Shown: positions 36,801 to 51,237, counted from the whole stretch's first letter. The stretch is DNA of 61,983 nucleotides, filler included, from Choristocarpus tenellus KU-1152 (GCA_964200185.2; 11 parts of 11 records of this genome joined end to end with filler, not necessarily neighbours in it), one strand, 5' to 3'. The notes: a model not told the origin generated them from the sequence alone. Made by a program: numbers and translations.

Positions 36801-39800
36801 TAATGAGGTGCCAACATGACACAGAAAGCATGCTTAGAATACTCGGGGTACTCTCATTTCACTGTATCGGCATAGTGTAACCCTGGAGTGATATACGATT
36901 GGATCTTAACATTGTATCATAGAATACACAATTATATTGCAACGGAAAGCGAGAAATTTGTCTCATATTGTACTGTGCTATAAGATCAATCCCTGGTATA
37001 CGATATGCTACAATATGTAGTGTGTCACGTGATGGGATCCTGGTGTACAATAGGATATATGAGCATACCAGAGGTAATATTTCAACTTATAAAACAAGCA
37101 GTATCTTAATGATGAAGGCCCTAAGTTTTCCGGATTATCTGACATCCTTCATACAAAGTAGGACTAAGCTATTTGAAGCACATCGTTGTGGTTGTAGTCT
37201 GAAGTTTTAGCTCCTATACCAACTTCTCTACAAACACTCAGCACCGAACCCCTTGATTTCATTTTGAATAATCAACCCATGTCTATCCAACCTTTCTCAT
37301 TGATTGCCCCCACCAATCCCTTTTCCATCTCTCACTGTCTCCCCCATGTTATGTTTTATCACACAGGCAGTTGAAGCTGCACTTCGCACCACACCAGGGT
37401 TGCCAGAGAGAGATCAACGCCTTGCTGAGTGGACTTCAAAGGTGTATTCTCTTGGACACTGGGAAGCAAGGGTGCTGGCAAAGCGATTGATGGAGGGCAA
37501 GGAGGTGGGAATTTTTGTTGACAAGAATTTCGCTTAATACTGGGTCTTCAGGAGTACTCGAGTAGAAGTTGGGTACAATGTTCCTACATCATTGATTATT
37601 GTTTTCAGACTTGTCTATACATTTACACTATTGTGTGGACCTACTTTCCATTTTCGTTTCCTCTGTCGATATACTGATATACCACTATGCCAGCAGGACG
37701 GTAGTCTCGCGGCTCGAACTTTCTCGACAAGATTAGAGGCCAGACCACTGCCAGGCTGTAATCTGTGTCACATCACCCCACTAGTTCTCAAATACTCCTG
37801 GTACAGTCATGTCATTCTTCGCGTTTCCCATTGAGTCCGTTTCCTTTAACCCTCTCCCAGTCCCAATGTAGTATTCTTCCTCGTACTGAGAAGAAAGTAG
37901 TGAAAGCAGCTGGAGGAGGGACGCTCCATGGATATAGTGTAATCTCGATGTCTTGACCATCTCACCAACCTAGGAAAGAAACATGTACATTCTTGTCATC
38001 ATGAAATTAAGGACTTGTTGTGTCCTTATGTTTTTATCTCTTGTTCTCTCACAGAAGGTACTTGCCCTATTAAAATCGAATTCCATGGGGAAACGTGCAT
38101 ACTATGTCATGGTAAATTATATTTATGAAGCCCAGGTTTGCAGCCACACTGAGCCTTCCTCCCTCCCACGAAAAGGGTTAGTGGATAGCTCCCTGGCATC
38201 TTCCCCAAGCCCACTAAAATATCCCCAACAGAACAGAATCATCCTCCCCGAGGTCGGAAGAGGAAGGAAGGGAAGGTCGGCTGAGCCACCGACCAAAGTG
38301 CCAATAAAGAAATCCATCTACCGATCTGGTTCGCTAGTTCGTTTACAACACTTGAGTTAAGCAATGTTCTTTAGGTAGGCCTTTCATATACTTATGAAAA
38401 GTATCACTTGATAAATTTCTTGTCGCTGATGCATTGTTGTTATTCACTTGGAACCTGAGGAAGCACAGACCCGTGGTCTGAAGGTAGTCAGAAGAAAGCA
38501 ACACACATCGCTTGATAGAAACAAGACACTTAGGGGAACGGATATCATACAGCCTGGAAGAAGTCACAATCGATCCTCCCAATCTCATTGCCTCAAGTAG
38601 CGAAGAGATGTCAGCCTTGAAGAATAATGCACGCAAAACAACAACAGAAATGTCCCCTCAGACGATGATCTTCACCACTTTCTTCCCAAACTAATTGTTC
38701 ATATTTTGCAGTGGTGCAATGTGGCAAGTACTTATAGAAGGGAGTTGCATACTGAAAATCATGTCTACTCTATTAACTTTGAAGTAGGCACTCTTACAAC
38801 TATTTTTCTTTAATTCGAGTAACCACTACCGTACCTAATGAATCGCTCCCAAGGTTGAGAGTTTTGCGTACTCACTCGTTAGCTATAGTAGGTCCAATTT
38901 ATAGGCACCGCTAAATCGGAGCATCTTTATATATCTACGGCATGTTGGACTGAAATCCCCTCACAGCGTTTTTTTCATGCACCTTCAACTCTCAACTTCA
39001 CGAACTTCAGCGAGCTGCTGAGGAACGTCATGGAGACTGAGTTATAAAAACTTGCATGAAGAATGAACTGAATAGGAATTGCCAACACTGGGCGGTACAG
39101 AGATTTCTTGGAGGCTTGCAATGTATAGGAATGTATTTCCACAATGGCAGTGGTGGCACACAAGCTGTTCGAAAAATCAAATTTTGACCTGAGACAGGAA
39201 AACTATTTTTGGATTACCGTCCATTTCAACTCCAGAAGGGTCCACTCTCTCCTTGATTTTATTGTGCTCATTTTCAATGCGGATATCTAAGCAGGTGTAT
39301 TTTGATTGGGAAGCACCACGCAGCAGGGAGGGCTATTACCGCATTCGTGGTGGAGTGGACTACTGTGTCACAAGGTGCAGTATTTGTTTGGGTGCTGTGG
39401 AGGGGGTGGAGGGGAATACCTTAGAGTAGTAGGGACCTTTATGAGAGATCCAAAGCCTTGGGTAAACCCTGCCTAACTTGTGAGAGAGTTCTTTCATTGT
39501 GGTAGTGCATGCCCCCGTCAACCAAAGAGGGAATACAGAGTTGTTAGGTTCGAGTGCAATTGAGAAGCATGTTCCTATTATGAAATAGGAGTGGACAGAA
39601 TGCGTCAAGTACGTTGCTCGATCATACCATATTTCTCCGATCCTTGATCTGATTAAGATCAAATTTCGAAAAGAAGTTAACGTCAAAATATTTTGAAGTG
39701 CCAAATCACAGTAATGATGCAAGAGCTAGCTCCATAGTGCTAGTCAAAAACCTCTTTGTGACTCTTCCCCCTGCACTTGGAGGGTTGGAAACCTTTCCTC

Positions 39801-42800
39801 CACCTGGATCAAGCAATTCACAACCCAAAAATACACCGCTGTAATAAATCTCTCATGGTACAAAAATCACCAATCCAACGTGAAAAAACATGCAGGGGTC
39901 GAGCGTTTGCTCCATATGCAGACCTGCTATGGATGGAGACAGCCAAACCCAACCTCTATGAGGCCAGGCACTTTTCGGAAGGTATTCAACGCACCGCTCC
40001 GCATCAGAAGTTGGCCTACAATCTTTCCCCTAGCTTCAACTGGGATGCCGCAGGGATGTCTGAAGCAGAAATGACTTCCTTCAACAGAGAGCTCGGTCGC
40101 CTGGGCTTCGTCTGGCAGGTGGAGTTTGTGTGGTTTGAGTTTAAAAGGAACAAAATGGGAGATGCAGAACTGACGCTGCATACACAGATGTTATGCTTTA
40201 GCATGCTTCACCAGCACTCACTCCTTGTGCACCCAATGTTAATACCTTTCCTCCCTCCCAGTTCTACCCACCTACCCCAATTGTCCTCTTTGTTCAAGTC
40301 TCCCTCGTGTCTACTGTTTTGCTGTCTATATCCTGGTCTGAGGGAATAGAATGCCCCGTGCAATCCCCTCTCCTCACCACTTGCTCCCCGATCTGAACTA
40401 ATTCTGTCCTCCCTGCCCCCCTTTTTTTCTGCAGTTCATCACCCTGGCAGGCTTCCACTTAAATGGGCTCATCACTTCACGCCTTTCAAAAGAGTACGGC
40501 AAGTGAGTGATAAATAACGGTATGAACATTAGGGGATAGAGCTAGAATCGATAGCTACACATGGAGGTGAGAGCAAGTAATGTTATTGTCTAAGGTAGTT
40601 CCCCCCAAGTAGTACACAGATAGTACTAATAAAATATTGTTGTACTGCATCAATGTACTAAACTTACGTTCGTTGTCTCTATCCAATGTTATCCACTTCA
40701 TCATTTGCAGTATTCGAACCTCAGCTGTTGGTTTTGTTCCTCACGGAATCTTGTTAGTACGTTGAAAATACATAACCATTCGGAACAATGGGTCACTTCC
40801 CAGTTTAATCCGGTATGGGAATAGAAATAAGCTGCACTAAAACATCTTCTACAGAAAGAAAGAGTGTAGGGTGGTAGGCCATTAGATTCCGTGTGAAGTG
40901 TGGGGTCCATGTGACGTCTAATCCCCAGTCTGTCCACAACTACAATGTGGGGGAGAGAAAAATCAAGTACATACTCGAGTATGAGCTGTACAGGGAAACA
41001 TCTCATTGGGCATGTTAAGAGTAGTTTCAGCTGCATGTGTCTCTTATACTAGTACATTTCTTGCTTTTGTGTTTTCAAGTACACTACAACATTGATTGGT
41101 GCATCAGAGGTCTTTCCCTGTGTATGCATTTCAGAGGCTCTGATGTCGCCGTGTTTGTTGTATTCTCTGCCTTCTATGTCTTCCCTTGACGACAACGTCA
41201 GCAAATGCCAATGGGCACAACAAATGTTTTTGTCAGCAGTCCGCAAGGAAGGGTGGGGGTATAATTCGTATCGGACTCAAATTATCTGAGGGGGGAGGGG
41301 GGGGGTCTACACCAGGGTGACCATCTGGACCAAAATCAGGAAAAGTGTATTTACATTATCCATCCGACGTATGCAACAAAATCACTCAAAAATCGCGACA
41401 TGAAAAAATTCACCCCAAATAGACAGCCGGCTTTCCCCCCAGATACTTTGAGCCATTGTATCCCCGTATATACCACTTTTATCCTTCATATATTGCGTTT
41501 TACACGCCCACTGCGACTAATGATACTTCAAAATAATTTTCACACGCATGAAAAGATAATTACAGAATACGAAGGGTGTTGGTACTTAAAACTGTGCAGT
41601 GTGTTTTATTATGTTGGGGTTGAAATAAAGCAATGTGTAGAGTGCATCCTAAAATGTCATTCCAAGTGGTGCTTAAACCTTAAACAAGGACTGATTCCAG
41701 ATATGTACCAGTGTGCTTTGAAATACTACAACAATGGTAGTGCGATAGGTTAGATCTTAGATCTCTCTTATTCATTTTCCTCACGCCAGTTGCCATCTGT
41801 CAATCCCCCCAACCGATATACACTATGCAGTACCTTGGATGACGACAATATACTTTGTAGCTGACGCAATAAATAAAAATTAAACTCCAGTCCTGTCTCT
41901 GTTTATTGCTTCCGAATCTTGGCTCCTTCTCTCATGTCCTCATGCCACTCTCCAGACTCCTTTGCCGAAGACTATCTTCCTCCCCCCCCCTCGCAACTGA
42001 AATCAACCTACTTCACATCAAACACCCCCTGCACGCCCCACTCTACACCCTTGAAACGATGCACCACAGGCATGGAATCATTAAGTATGTAGAGCTGGTG
42101 CAACGCCAGGAACGGAAGGAAAAAGTTGACTTACTCACTCACCAGAAATGGTCAGGTGCCAACCTCATGGACAAACAGGTAAGTGAATTGGACCTTCTTG
42201 GCGTGTCTCTTGTGTGGCATGAATCCTTTGGGATTTCCTGTGCCTCTGTTCTGATTTGAGGATGCCAAAATTCATCCTGCATCAAGAGGAGACCTGGAAT
42301 GTGCTCTGTAAGGGTTTTACGTACATTGCTGCAGAGTTAGGGGTGCTAGAGATCCTTTAGCTCTCCTGAACTGGTTTCACACTACGGTCGTATTGTATTT
42401 TTTCTAAGTGGAATATGGTTCTGGGGGGGATCATATACATCTATGCTATATTTCTCTGAAAAGGACAAAAGAGGTGTGCACAAAGGGTCCTCGTGAAGGA
42501 CCCCTGAGTATGTATTGCTTTATGTATATTGATAGGCTGAAACTCCGATCCTGGAGATCGACTTGCAAAAAGAATGGGTTCTAGGAAGTTCTAGATGAAG
42601 AATCGGTATAAGGAATTAAGAACTGTTGTCCTACAACTGTCACATTGGAACTACAGGCAACAAATGCACTTCTCCTGCAATAATATGATGGAAGGGAATC
42701 AAGTGTTGGGCAACACTGCTTACGCTTGCTTTAGTCCAATGTACTACTATTGCTATGTATTCCCTTCAAAGTGCTTCATATGCATGTTGGTACTGTCCTT

Positions 42801-43498
42801 GAATGGCAATGTGGTCAATATGTACTATGGTGTGTATGGATGCAGGGAGAAAAAGAGAAAAAACCTATTTGATTCTATCCATGCATACAACATAGATACA
42901 TTGGAAGATTAGCTCGTGTAATATCACCCATGGTCTACAATTGATGACCTCTCAAGAATACGTTCTTTGAAGTATGTATGAATAACTGAATCAGAAGTGT
43001 AGGAACGATCTGAATTATCTTGATTTACCGAGAGCGGCAGATCTTAGGGAAAATAAACCTTTGCAGCGTTTGCACCACACAAAACGACTCATTCTTTCTG
43101 AGAAGTCGCCTGAGAGTCAGCGAAGCCTTTCAAGCACCTTCGCAGAGGTATTGAAGGTTTGGATGAAGTCGAGTGTCCATTCTGAAAAGAGCTATATCAG
43201 TATGATTTCCTCCATAACCTTTTTTACGAAAGAAAGCAGCAGTAAGTTCACCCTAGTGTGTGGTTACTTTGCATGACCTCTCAGCCCCCCTTCGTTTCTT
43301 TCTCACCTACTATACACCACCTCACAGGTCAACATTGTAACGGGTGGACTGGCATCCACATCTGCTATGGGTGAAGGTGTCACTGAAGCCCAGTTTGGCA
43401 CAGTCAGTAACAAGGGTGCCAATGCCACTGGTGAGGGTAGGGGGAATGCCCTCTCTATCCTACGTGGGCACACTGTGAACATCCGTTCTAAGCTCTGA
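33801..43498 (+). CDS. ICL: Isocitrate lyase (5'-partial) with C-terminal PTS1 SKL
   Basis: Ten in-phase exons: 33801-33971 ([18 protein letters not shown]), 34827-34937 (KKCGHMGGK), 35451-35557 ([17 protein letters not shown]), 36110-36221, 37367-37504, 39295-39374 ([13 protein letters not shown]), 39896-40118 ([23 protein letters not shown]), 40435-40502 (FITLAGFH), 42070-42178 (THQKWSGA), 43328-43498 ([11 protein letters not shown]...RSKL*). Confidence 0.97.
41274..41454 (+). mobile_element. MITE family A, full length (181 bp), in ICL intron
   Basis: TIRs GACTCAAATTATCTG ... CAGATACTTTGAGCC; flanks ATCG/ATTG. Confidence 0.88.
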
Positions 43499-43904
43499 GT
43501 CTGAGCACGAGAAAAAGCTCTGAAATAGGCACCAAACAGAGTGTGTACATAAACCAAGGAGGAAAATGTCATGCTTCAGAATATCTCGACATGCTGTAGT
43601 TTCCCTTGGTATGATCATTTTGGCTCACAACCTGAGAGCCTCAGTTGAACATCGCATGCTATAAAATACGTAGTAAGGGGAACAGATCAAGCCATTGTCT
43701 TAAATCTGTCTGCTTTGACATATTGCTATATTGTAAAAAGTGTATTATATATTGTGTGTCCTCCTTCACTTTGAACACATTATTGTCCATCACATACCCT
43801 TAAAATTACCCTCACTGTTGTTCATCAAAGTGGGGAGGAGGTGATACGGTCAAACTGTTAAAATTCTATTGTTTTAAATAGAAAATGATGTAAGAAAAAG
43901 TATT

Positions 43905-43973
43905 GGGTCAAAGTATCTGGGAAGGGGTGGCGGCTGTCCATTTGGGGTCGATTTTTACATGTCTCGATTTTTG
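43905..43973 (-). mobile_element. MITE family A end cut by contig break
   Basis: GGGTCAAAGTATCTGGGAAGGGGTGGCGGCTGTCCATTTGGGG matches the start of the 29443 copy. Confidence 0.8.
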
Positions 43974-44073
43974 NNNNNNNNNNNNNNNNNNNNNNNNNNN
44001 NNNNNNNNNNNNNNNNNTTAATTAATTAANNNNNNNNNNNNNNNNNNNNNNNNNNNNNNNNNNNNNNNNNNNN
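43974..44073. other. Artificial contig linker
   Basis: 44 N + TTAATTAATTAA + 44 N. Confidence 0.98.
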
Positions 44074-44104
44074 CCAACACCCCTCCCCCCAGATACTTTG
44101 ACCC
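44074..44104. mobile_element. MITE family A terminal fragment
   Basis: CCCCTCCCCCAGATACTTTGACCC. Confidence 0.7.
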
Positions 44105-45469
44105 AGCTTTAGATAAACCAGCTTGTAATTTAATCTAGGGAGCTCTAGATGAACCAACTGTTAATTGCATTTGCAAGACCTAAGCTTCTTGTTTGCACCA
44201 CACAATTTTTCTTCATTTTCTTCCTTGCCAATGCTTCCGCTTCAAAACATGACATTTACCTCTCCTCTTGACCACTACTTACACGTTTTTGAGCATGATC
44301 TTACCTGAAGCGAGAGCAACTATAGGCAAAGAACAACCACACTACTCCCCTTGAACACTGCACCTCAGGAGGTCCCCTTCATTTTAAAAAAAAAGTCTTT
44401 AGCCCCCTGGACCATGGCATCTGGCTGATCCATCCTCACTCCCCTTGGCCTCCACCACCAATTGGGGAGATATTCTCAGGTTGTCTATGCCCTCTCAGCC
44501 GCAGAACACCGCCAGGTATCAGCTCATTTCTTCCGGTGGCGAAGGTTGCACCACAATCCATCTGCAAGGACAACTATTCAAGCTGGAGATGCCTCACCAA
44601 TTCCCCGCTCTATAGAGTGGCAAACAAGCCCACCTGCCCGCCCAAAAAGGACACAGTACCATTGGCATTCTCAAATCAAGGGGCGGAGGAGAGTGAATGG
44701 AAAATCTGATAGTGGGAGATTGAGAATCGTTTGAATCAAGATGGTGGAGAGAGGTCTGCTAATTTGATCCTCTGGGAAGGGATAAACCTCTTGAGAGAGG
44801 TCTGTGAGTGAGGGGTACTGTGTTTCCAAGGAGGGAAGGTGACAGGGGGGGGTCATTTTATTCTACTGTAGTGTTGGTCTGATTTTGTGGGAGTGTAAGG
44901 TCCGATCGTTGTCTTGAAGATCGTGCGGTATTACTACTGTTAGCATCATGATCTGTTGGTGCTTATTGTCATTAATCGTGTTGCCGAAAAACTGTCTCTA
45001 ATCTCCCAGGGTTACAGGTCATACATCCCATCTTAGCTTTGGACAATAAACTTCATCTAGAAATATAAATATTATAGAAGTTCCATCCTTTCTCTTTCAC
45101 CATGCTCTCAAACTTTCTTCCTCTCGGCCCTTGTCTCTTACACAAAACTATTCATGTCTGGAACTCTTGGGTCGTAACTGGGGTGTTCCAAGAGGTTAAG
45201 GGCCAGAGAAAAGACAAGATCCAAACAAGTGATACAAAATACCTAGCAAGCTTTGCACCATCGAGAGAGTAGAGACCCAGGCAGGGTTGCAGGGTGGTAA
45301 CATCCTCCTTTTGGGCCGATGTGATCTATGCAAAGGGGTGTCACATTACTCTAAATACTTCTGACCTTCGTTGTTGTGCATATACCCTACTGCTCAATGT
45401 CATATCATAGGTCAGTCTCCTCTCCACGTGCAATTCCTCTTTCTTTGTGCACCAGACCATTAGTGCATT

Positions 45470-45731
45470 GAGCCAAAGTATCTTAGTGGGTAGAGCCGTA
45501 TCCATTTGGGGGTCAAAATCCAATGCTGTGATTTTGATGTAATTTTGGCTATCGTGTTTGTTAGGGAGTGTCAACGTCCATGTTCCGGACACTCCTTTTC
45601 ACAACATACACATTTCACCTGCTCCGAAATATTTTGGGGTAGGAAAATGTCATAAAACAACCCATGGGAAGCCAAGCCCCAAATAATGGACAAACAGGGC
45701 AAAACTCGTACACTCTAAGATACTTTCACTC
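45470..45731 (+). mobile_element. MITE family B (262 bp)
   Basis: TIRs GAGCCAAAGTATCTTAG ... CTAAGATACTTTCACTC; perfect 4-bp TSD CATT. Confidence 0.9.
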
Positions 45732-45808
45732 CATTTTACATCATGTGTACCTGTTAGCTATCCCTCAGAATTACGGGTTTGATTAGAGATTGATGGACGC
45801 TCCTCCTA

Positions 45809-45962
45809 TAAGTAAAAAAAACGGCCTTGTGTTTATTGGTACTCTAGGTACGAACTCCAGTGTTCATAAAACTACTGCAATACGTTTAAGTAAAAAAAAC
45901 GGCCTTGTGTTTATTGGTACTCTAGGTACGAACTCCAGTGTTCATAAAACTACTGCAATACG
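45809..45962. repeat. Perfect tandem duplication, 78-bp period
   Basis: TAAGTAAAAAAAACGGCCTTG...ACTGCAATACG at 45809 and 45887. Confidence 0.92.
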
Positions 45963-48900
45963 ACTTGGGGAAGGACTTTTGAGGGATAGAAGGAAATATG
46001 TACGATCTTTTTTTTTTATTGTGAAAAGGTTGACTGTGATTGGTCCAGGAACAAACCATAGATATTTACTTCACCAATCATACTATATTATATATTCCAG
46101 ATTTCGGAAAATCCTTCCTCATGCCCGTAACTCAAAAAACTAACGATCACTATACTTTTTTCAGCGAATAATGTCATACTTGTAGCCAGACAATTACAGC
46201 TATAAAATCGAACTATTCAGAACATAGAAATAGTGAGTAGGGGTAACAATTAGTCTCTGGAGCTAATCTTTTTTGTATGATGAAACACCATTTTAGGTAC
46301 TATGACAGATTGTCACGTTCGTGAAGGATCTCAAGAGCAGGTTTTTTGAGGTATCATTTGCAATGGTGAAAGTGCTTACATTCGCTAAGAAAAGGTAGCC
46401 AAAATGATGAAGGGGTGAAGCGATAATATAGACATCAAGGTGTCGATATGTTGAAGCAAGTCGTCCTCACCTATCAAATTGTGACAATGACTGTATGGAA
46501 GGCCTTTTCGTTTTGGCTTATAGTATAGTTATGCTTTATTATTAGCAAGAGGATTGATTCCGATTGGGGTTGTATGATGGAGTCTGGAAGGACGAGATGT
46601 TTTTCCTCTTTTGCTTGTTTGTTGATGGGCAGCTTGGATTGGGTAGGGTTGTTGGTGCTCTCGTTGCTTTATGTACTCTCGTACAAAGAAAGGTGCAAGT
46701 ACTGCAAATAATACGATAAAACACCTCAAGTTTGTAACAATAAAATGATTTTATCATTTTCAAAATTAGATCATTTGTCAGTACTACTATGTACATAATG
46801 TTTTATTACTTTTTTGCATACTAACATGGACGAAAAAATAGTCAAAGGAAAGCAATAGCAATACGCAATGGTGTTCGAGAAACACAAGTTAATCGGTGTT
46901 GTTGTAGAAGAACAAAAAAATGGTGCAGTGCAATACGGAAGTGTTCTCAAATGACTGATGAATCTTTCCCAATCTCAGATGAAGTGCCACAGTACAATAC
47001 TAAGTTTGATTATATCAGTTAGGTCCATATTTTTTTCGGGTTTAGATTTCAAAACAGCGTACGTCTTACCTGAATGTCGCTTCGTGAGCAAGAAGGGCTG
47101 TTCTTTGCGCCCTATGTGAAGGAATTGTTTTGGTTCAATACAAGATGAAATCTAGAAGGCTGTTTCTAAATTGTTTCGGACTTCTAAGTAGTACTATCCT
47201 TCAGTGGCGTGGTTAGGTCGTTGACCATCACAACTGATTGAATGGCAAACCATTACATACATTGAAGCTTTAGATTATTAATCGTTTGATCATGCCTATT
47301 GACTGGAGTAGGCGAAACGTGTGAGAACTGATTAAATCGGTATGATACCATCCTTCAGTGTTCATTGTGAAGCAACTGGTGGACTTCACAAAGGATGGAC
47401 ACTAAACGAGGGTGTCAGAAATGAACAGGGTTTATCGAGATCATTCCAGTCACAGCAGCAAGGACTGAGAGGAACTGTAGTACTTCTTCTGTAGCCTTAC
47501 ACAGCCCTCTACTTAGAGCAGTGCACAAAGACTACATGCAGAGTATTTAGCTGTTGAAAACAGTTAGAGAGTCAACAAGTCCTGTTGTCTTACTATTCTG
47601 CTCTTCTTGCTCTTGTACCTTCTCTAGGAGAGCAACCAAGGTATTGAAGCTCATGTGAACAAATGCAATGAGAGAAAAATACCTTGTAGCTCAGCATCAC
47701 TGATGTTTTGGTGTATTGAAGTGAGTTGACTTAGTATGAATAGGTTGCTTCTTTTGTGCGTCAAAGTCACTTCCAGGGCGCCAGTGCCTTCCATGTTTGG
47801 TTGGTTGATGAATAATGAGTGTTGACCCACCCATTCATTTCCGGTTGTAGCGATCTTCCCCATAACATCTGCATTGAGGATAGAATGGGTGTTAAGAGGG
47901 GCTGTCGTGTTGACTAAAATAGAATCTCTGTAAAGTTGATCATGATGAAGTAAAACTGGTGATAGCAAATTGAGAATCCCTACAGTGTTCTCAATTCCTT
48001 CACCTCCAAAAACCTAAAGAGCTTCACCTTGCCTTTGCTCGCTGCACTGATCTCCAATTAATTGGGTTAACGGACTTTGGAGCCAACAGCAGCAAAAAAC
48101 AGATAGATCATCAATGATCAGCACACCACTGGGTAACCAACCACCACACACACAGTGAGTGACCAGAGTTTCTTCTTCATTCCTTAAGCTGGTTTCACTT
48201 CAGTTCCACATTCTTATCTATTTTTGACAGGCAGGTGCATCATGCAATGTGTCACCAGATGATCTTTGCCCCAGACCCAATCAGTAGTAGATCAGCATAA
48301 ACCAAGAAACAACTGGGCAGCTCTAAAGAAGATGCTTTTTCTCTAATCTACCGCCTGTAGTAGGGTCTACCTATTGTAATACTTCATGGGCTGCACATAA
48401 TACTATCAAGGGAATCACATCACATTATTCACTTGGTGGTTGGTTGATTCACCCGGTTGCATTTTCAATAGCAACAATACTAGTAACTCCGTTGTCATCT
48501 CCACTGTCGATTTCTGTCTGAGGGTTGGTTGTATTCTGAACGACACCTCTCATCATGGTAGGATGTGACAAGGGTGATAAAACGAAGACATATCAAATGT
48601 TGCATATTTGATTGTATGAGCACGTGAACGGGTAACAACCCCCTTTGATTGGCAAATTGCTTCCACACTACTAACGTGATGAGTAAGTCAGTTTACGAGA
48701 TACAACAATTTATATAGTGCAAGCAAGCTTTTTTTTCGGAGTAGATGCAAGTTTTTTTTTTTGATTTTTTTTTTCCCTCATTCTGTTTGATCATTGCATT
48801 ATTCTTGTTCTTCCAAAGTACTCCATAGAATGGCAAACCAACTAGGTGTTTTAGAACGAGGTTTTCTTATTGATAATTTGAACATTAAAAAAAATGGACT

Positions 48901-50681
48901 TCGTCCAAAAAACGGTATACCCTCTGCTGGGTACAAATACGCGCGCGCACACACACACTGAAGAAAAGCACTGAGGCGATTGTGACAGTTTGGTCCAACC
49001 GACCTTGAAGGGAAGAGATCGATATATTGGGTGAGATACTTGAAGGGAGTGAAAACATGAAAGTTTTCAAATTGCACCAAATTGTGCACCCACCTTCCTG
49101 CATAGTACATTCTGAAGGTACACATTTATCTGCAGCCTACTATTGATATGTTGTTCGGGAACACCGGACTTTTAAAAATTTGCCTTGTATTAACGCTAGG
49201 TAATGGCATGACCTGTAAAAAACGCCTATTATCCAGACGTGATAACCAGACTACCAACACCAGTACATTCCAGTCTTCACTTTGATACATTTCCCTATGG
49301 ATAGTCCAAGGGAATAAAATAGTCAGATGATCATGAATTATGATGAAAAACATTTTAGATGTTTACATGCCACTGAGTGTACGCGCAAGAAAAAAGAGAA
49401 AAATAGCCCTAACCTTACCTAAATCCCCACCTAACCAATACTAAGTAGCATACAAAGAGTCATTTGAACGTAAGATACCACCCTACTTCACAGGAAAGGC
49501 AGGCATGTCTTGTACACATGCACATACTTCTACCTCTTAGTCATTACTCTCATCATGTCAGATTTCCAATAGGAGTCATCACACGTATCACTAGTTGTTC
49601 TTGTGTTACTGTAAAAAAAATCCAAGAAACCTCTCCCCCCCCCAAAAAAAAAAATGTAACGATAACATACAAATACATGAATTATTTAAAAAAATACAAT
49701 ACGAACTGTTTTTCCTCTTTTGGATCAGCACCTTCCACTCTATATATACTACTTCACATCCCCACAACTTTCATAAGTACTACACAAAAATAAATGTGTA
49801 CTCCCCCATAATGACCAAATTATTGTCATGGGGCTGCAGTAGTAGCGGTCCAGATTCACAATTTTATTCTTTATTTTGTTCTCGTGTAACTGATGTAACT
49901 GATCGTACCTGTTGCATTCATGTACATTTTAGGCAGGCATAATTAGATCCCTAAAAAAAATATGTATCACTTTGAAGAAAAATTAATAGGTAAAGTTATC
50001 ACATTGCTATTACTGTAGGGCATTCAATCATTCATTCATCCATCATCCATCCATTCATTTACTGAGAAAAAAATGACCCACGATGTGTGTTTAAGTTATG
50101 CAGGTCCTACCACCCTTCCCCTCCTCAACCTTCCCTTTTCCCTTGTTGTACATTTACTGTCCTCTTTCAACGAAACCATCCTCCTTCTCCTACACCACTC
50201 ACCTCATCACAAATGATCCCCTCTCCCCAGGGTACACTACACCAACCACAACAAGTTCATGGTGAACCCCACCCAAAGCACAACACACACACAGCACACA
50301 AAACACAAAAAGTGGAAAAAATCTCACAAGTACCGTAAATACAAACACAAAAAAAACAAAAAACAAAAAAACAAAAAAATGCATCAATCCATCCACTAAC
50401 AAATCAATCAGTATATAAACCGATTAACTGATCAATTTACTATTGATTGCAAATCATTAAAAAAAATCAAGGTAGATCTCCTGACAAATCATTACACAAA
50501 AAAAAGAAGACTGCAGTACAGACAGTACATATGATGCAGTAGTAGTAGGTCAAATACCTCACTAAAAGGAGAGGGAAAAAAAAGTAGCTCGGGGTAGATC
50601 CTTGCGTGTCAAACAAACAAAAAAAACAATCCTCACTCACAAGCACCAGGGATGCCCCCAGTAGCCATCACTCCCCAGAAG

Positions 50682-50846
50682 CTAAATCACCACAAGTATG
50701 AGACAAGTCTGATACGTAGCCAACACAATGTTGTATGTAGTTCCCAGAGCCAGTCCTGTAGTCCTCCACAGCCCGCCCAGGGTCCAACCACTGCCCGTCC
50801 CAATAAATATCACCCATCTCCAACTCTCTGAGAGAAAATTTCTCAC
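50682..50846 (-). CDS. Putative terminal exon of an unknown (possibly membrane) protein
   Basis: Strong acceptor CTTCTCCTTCAG, then VRNFLSESWRWVIFIGTGSGWTLGGLWRTTGLALGTTYNIVLATYQTCLILVVI*. A second frame is also open. The rest of the gene is lost at the contig break. Confidence 0.4.
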   Translation of the reverse strand: MRNFLSESWRWVIFIGTGSGWTLGGLWRTTGLALGTTYNIVLATYQTCLILVVI

Positions 50847-50930
50847 CTGAAGGAGAAGGGAGACAAGACCCCAGTAACCCCCCCCCACCCAAAAAAAAAA
50901 AAACTAAAGCGGGGCCACCCCCCTAGAGAA

Positions 50931-51030
50931 NNNNNNNNNNNNNNNNNNNNNNNNNNNNNNNNNNNNNNNNNNNNTTAATTAATTAANNNNNNNNNNNNNN
51001 NNNNNNNNNNNNNNNNNNNNNNNNNNNNNN
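50931..51030. other. Artificial contig linker
   Basis: 44 N + TTAATTAATTAA + 44 N. Confidence 0.98.
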
Positions 51031-51237
51031 GTCGGAGCAGACAGATGTCCACAAAAAAAAAAAACGGAATTAGTAAAAAAAAAAAATTTTTTTTTTTTTT
51101 TTTGTCATTTACTGCCTATGGTTCAAGCCATTCCAACTATATATATATATATATATATTGTCAACAGAGTCCATCTCTATCGCATCGCACCACCAACTGA
51201 ATACAGAACAAACTACAAAAAAAAAGGGGCTCCAAAC

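Noticed and set aside
38380-38700. Possible decayed LINE RT in an ICL intron (VADALLLF..., RHLGERIS)
   Set aside because: Motifs are too degenerate to call without a profile search.
47651-47968. ORF ending SDAELQGIFLSL, resembling an RNase H helix of a LINE
   Set aside because: One short motif only; the other catalytic residues were not found.
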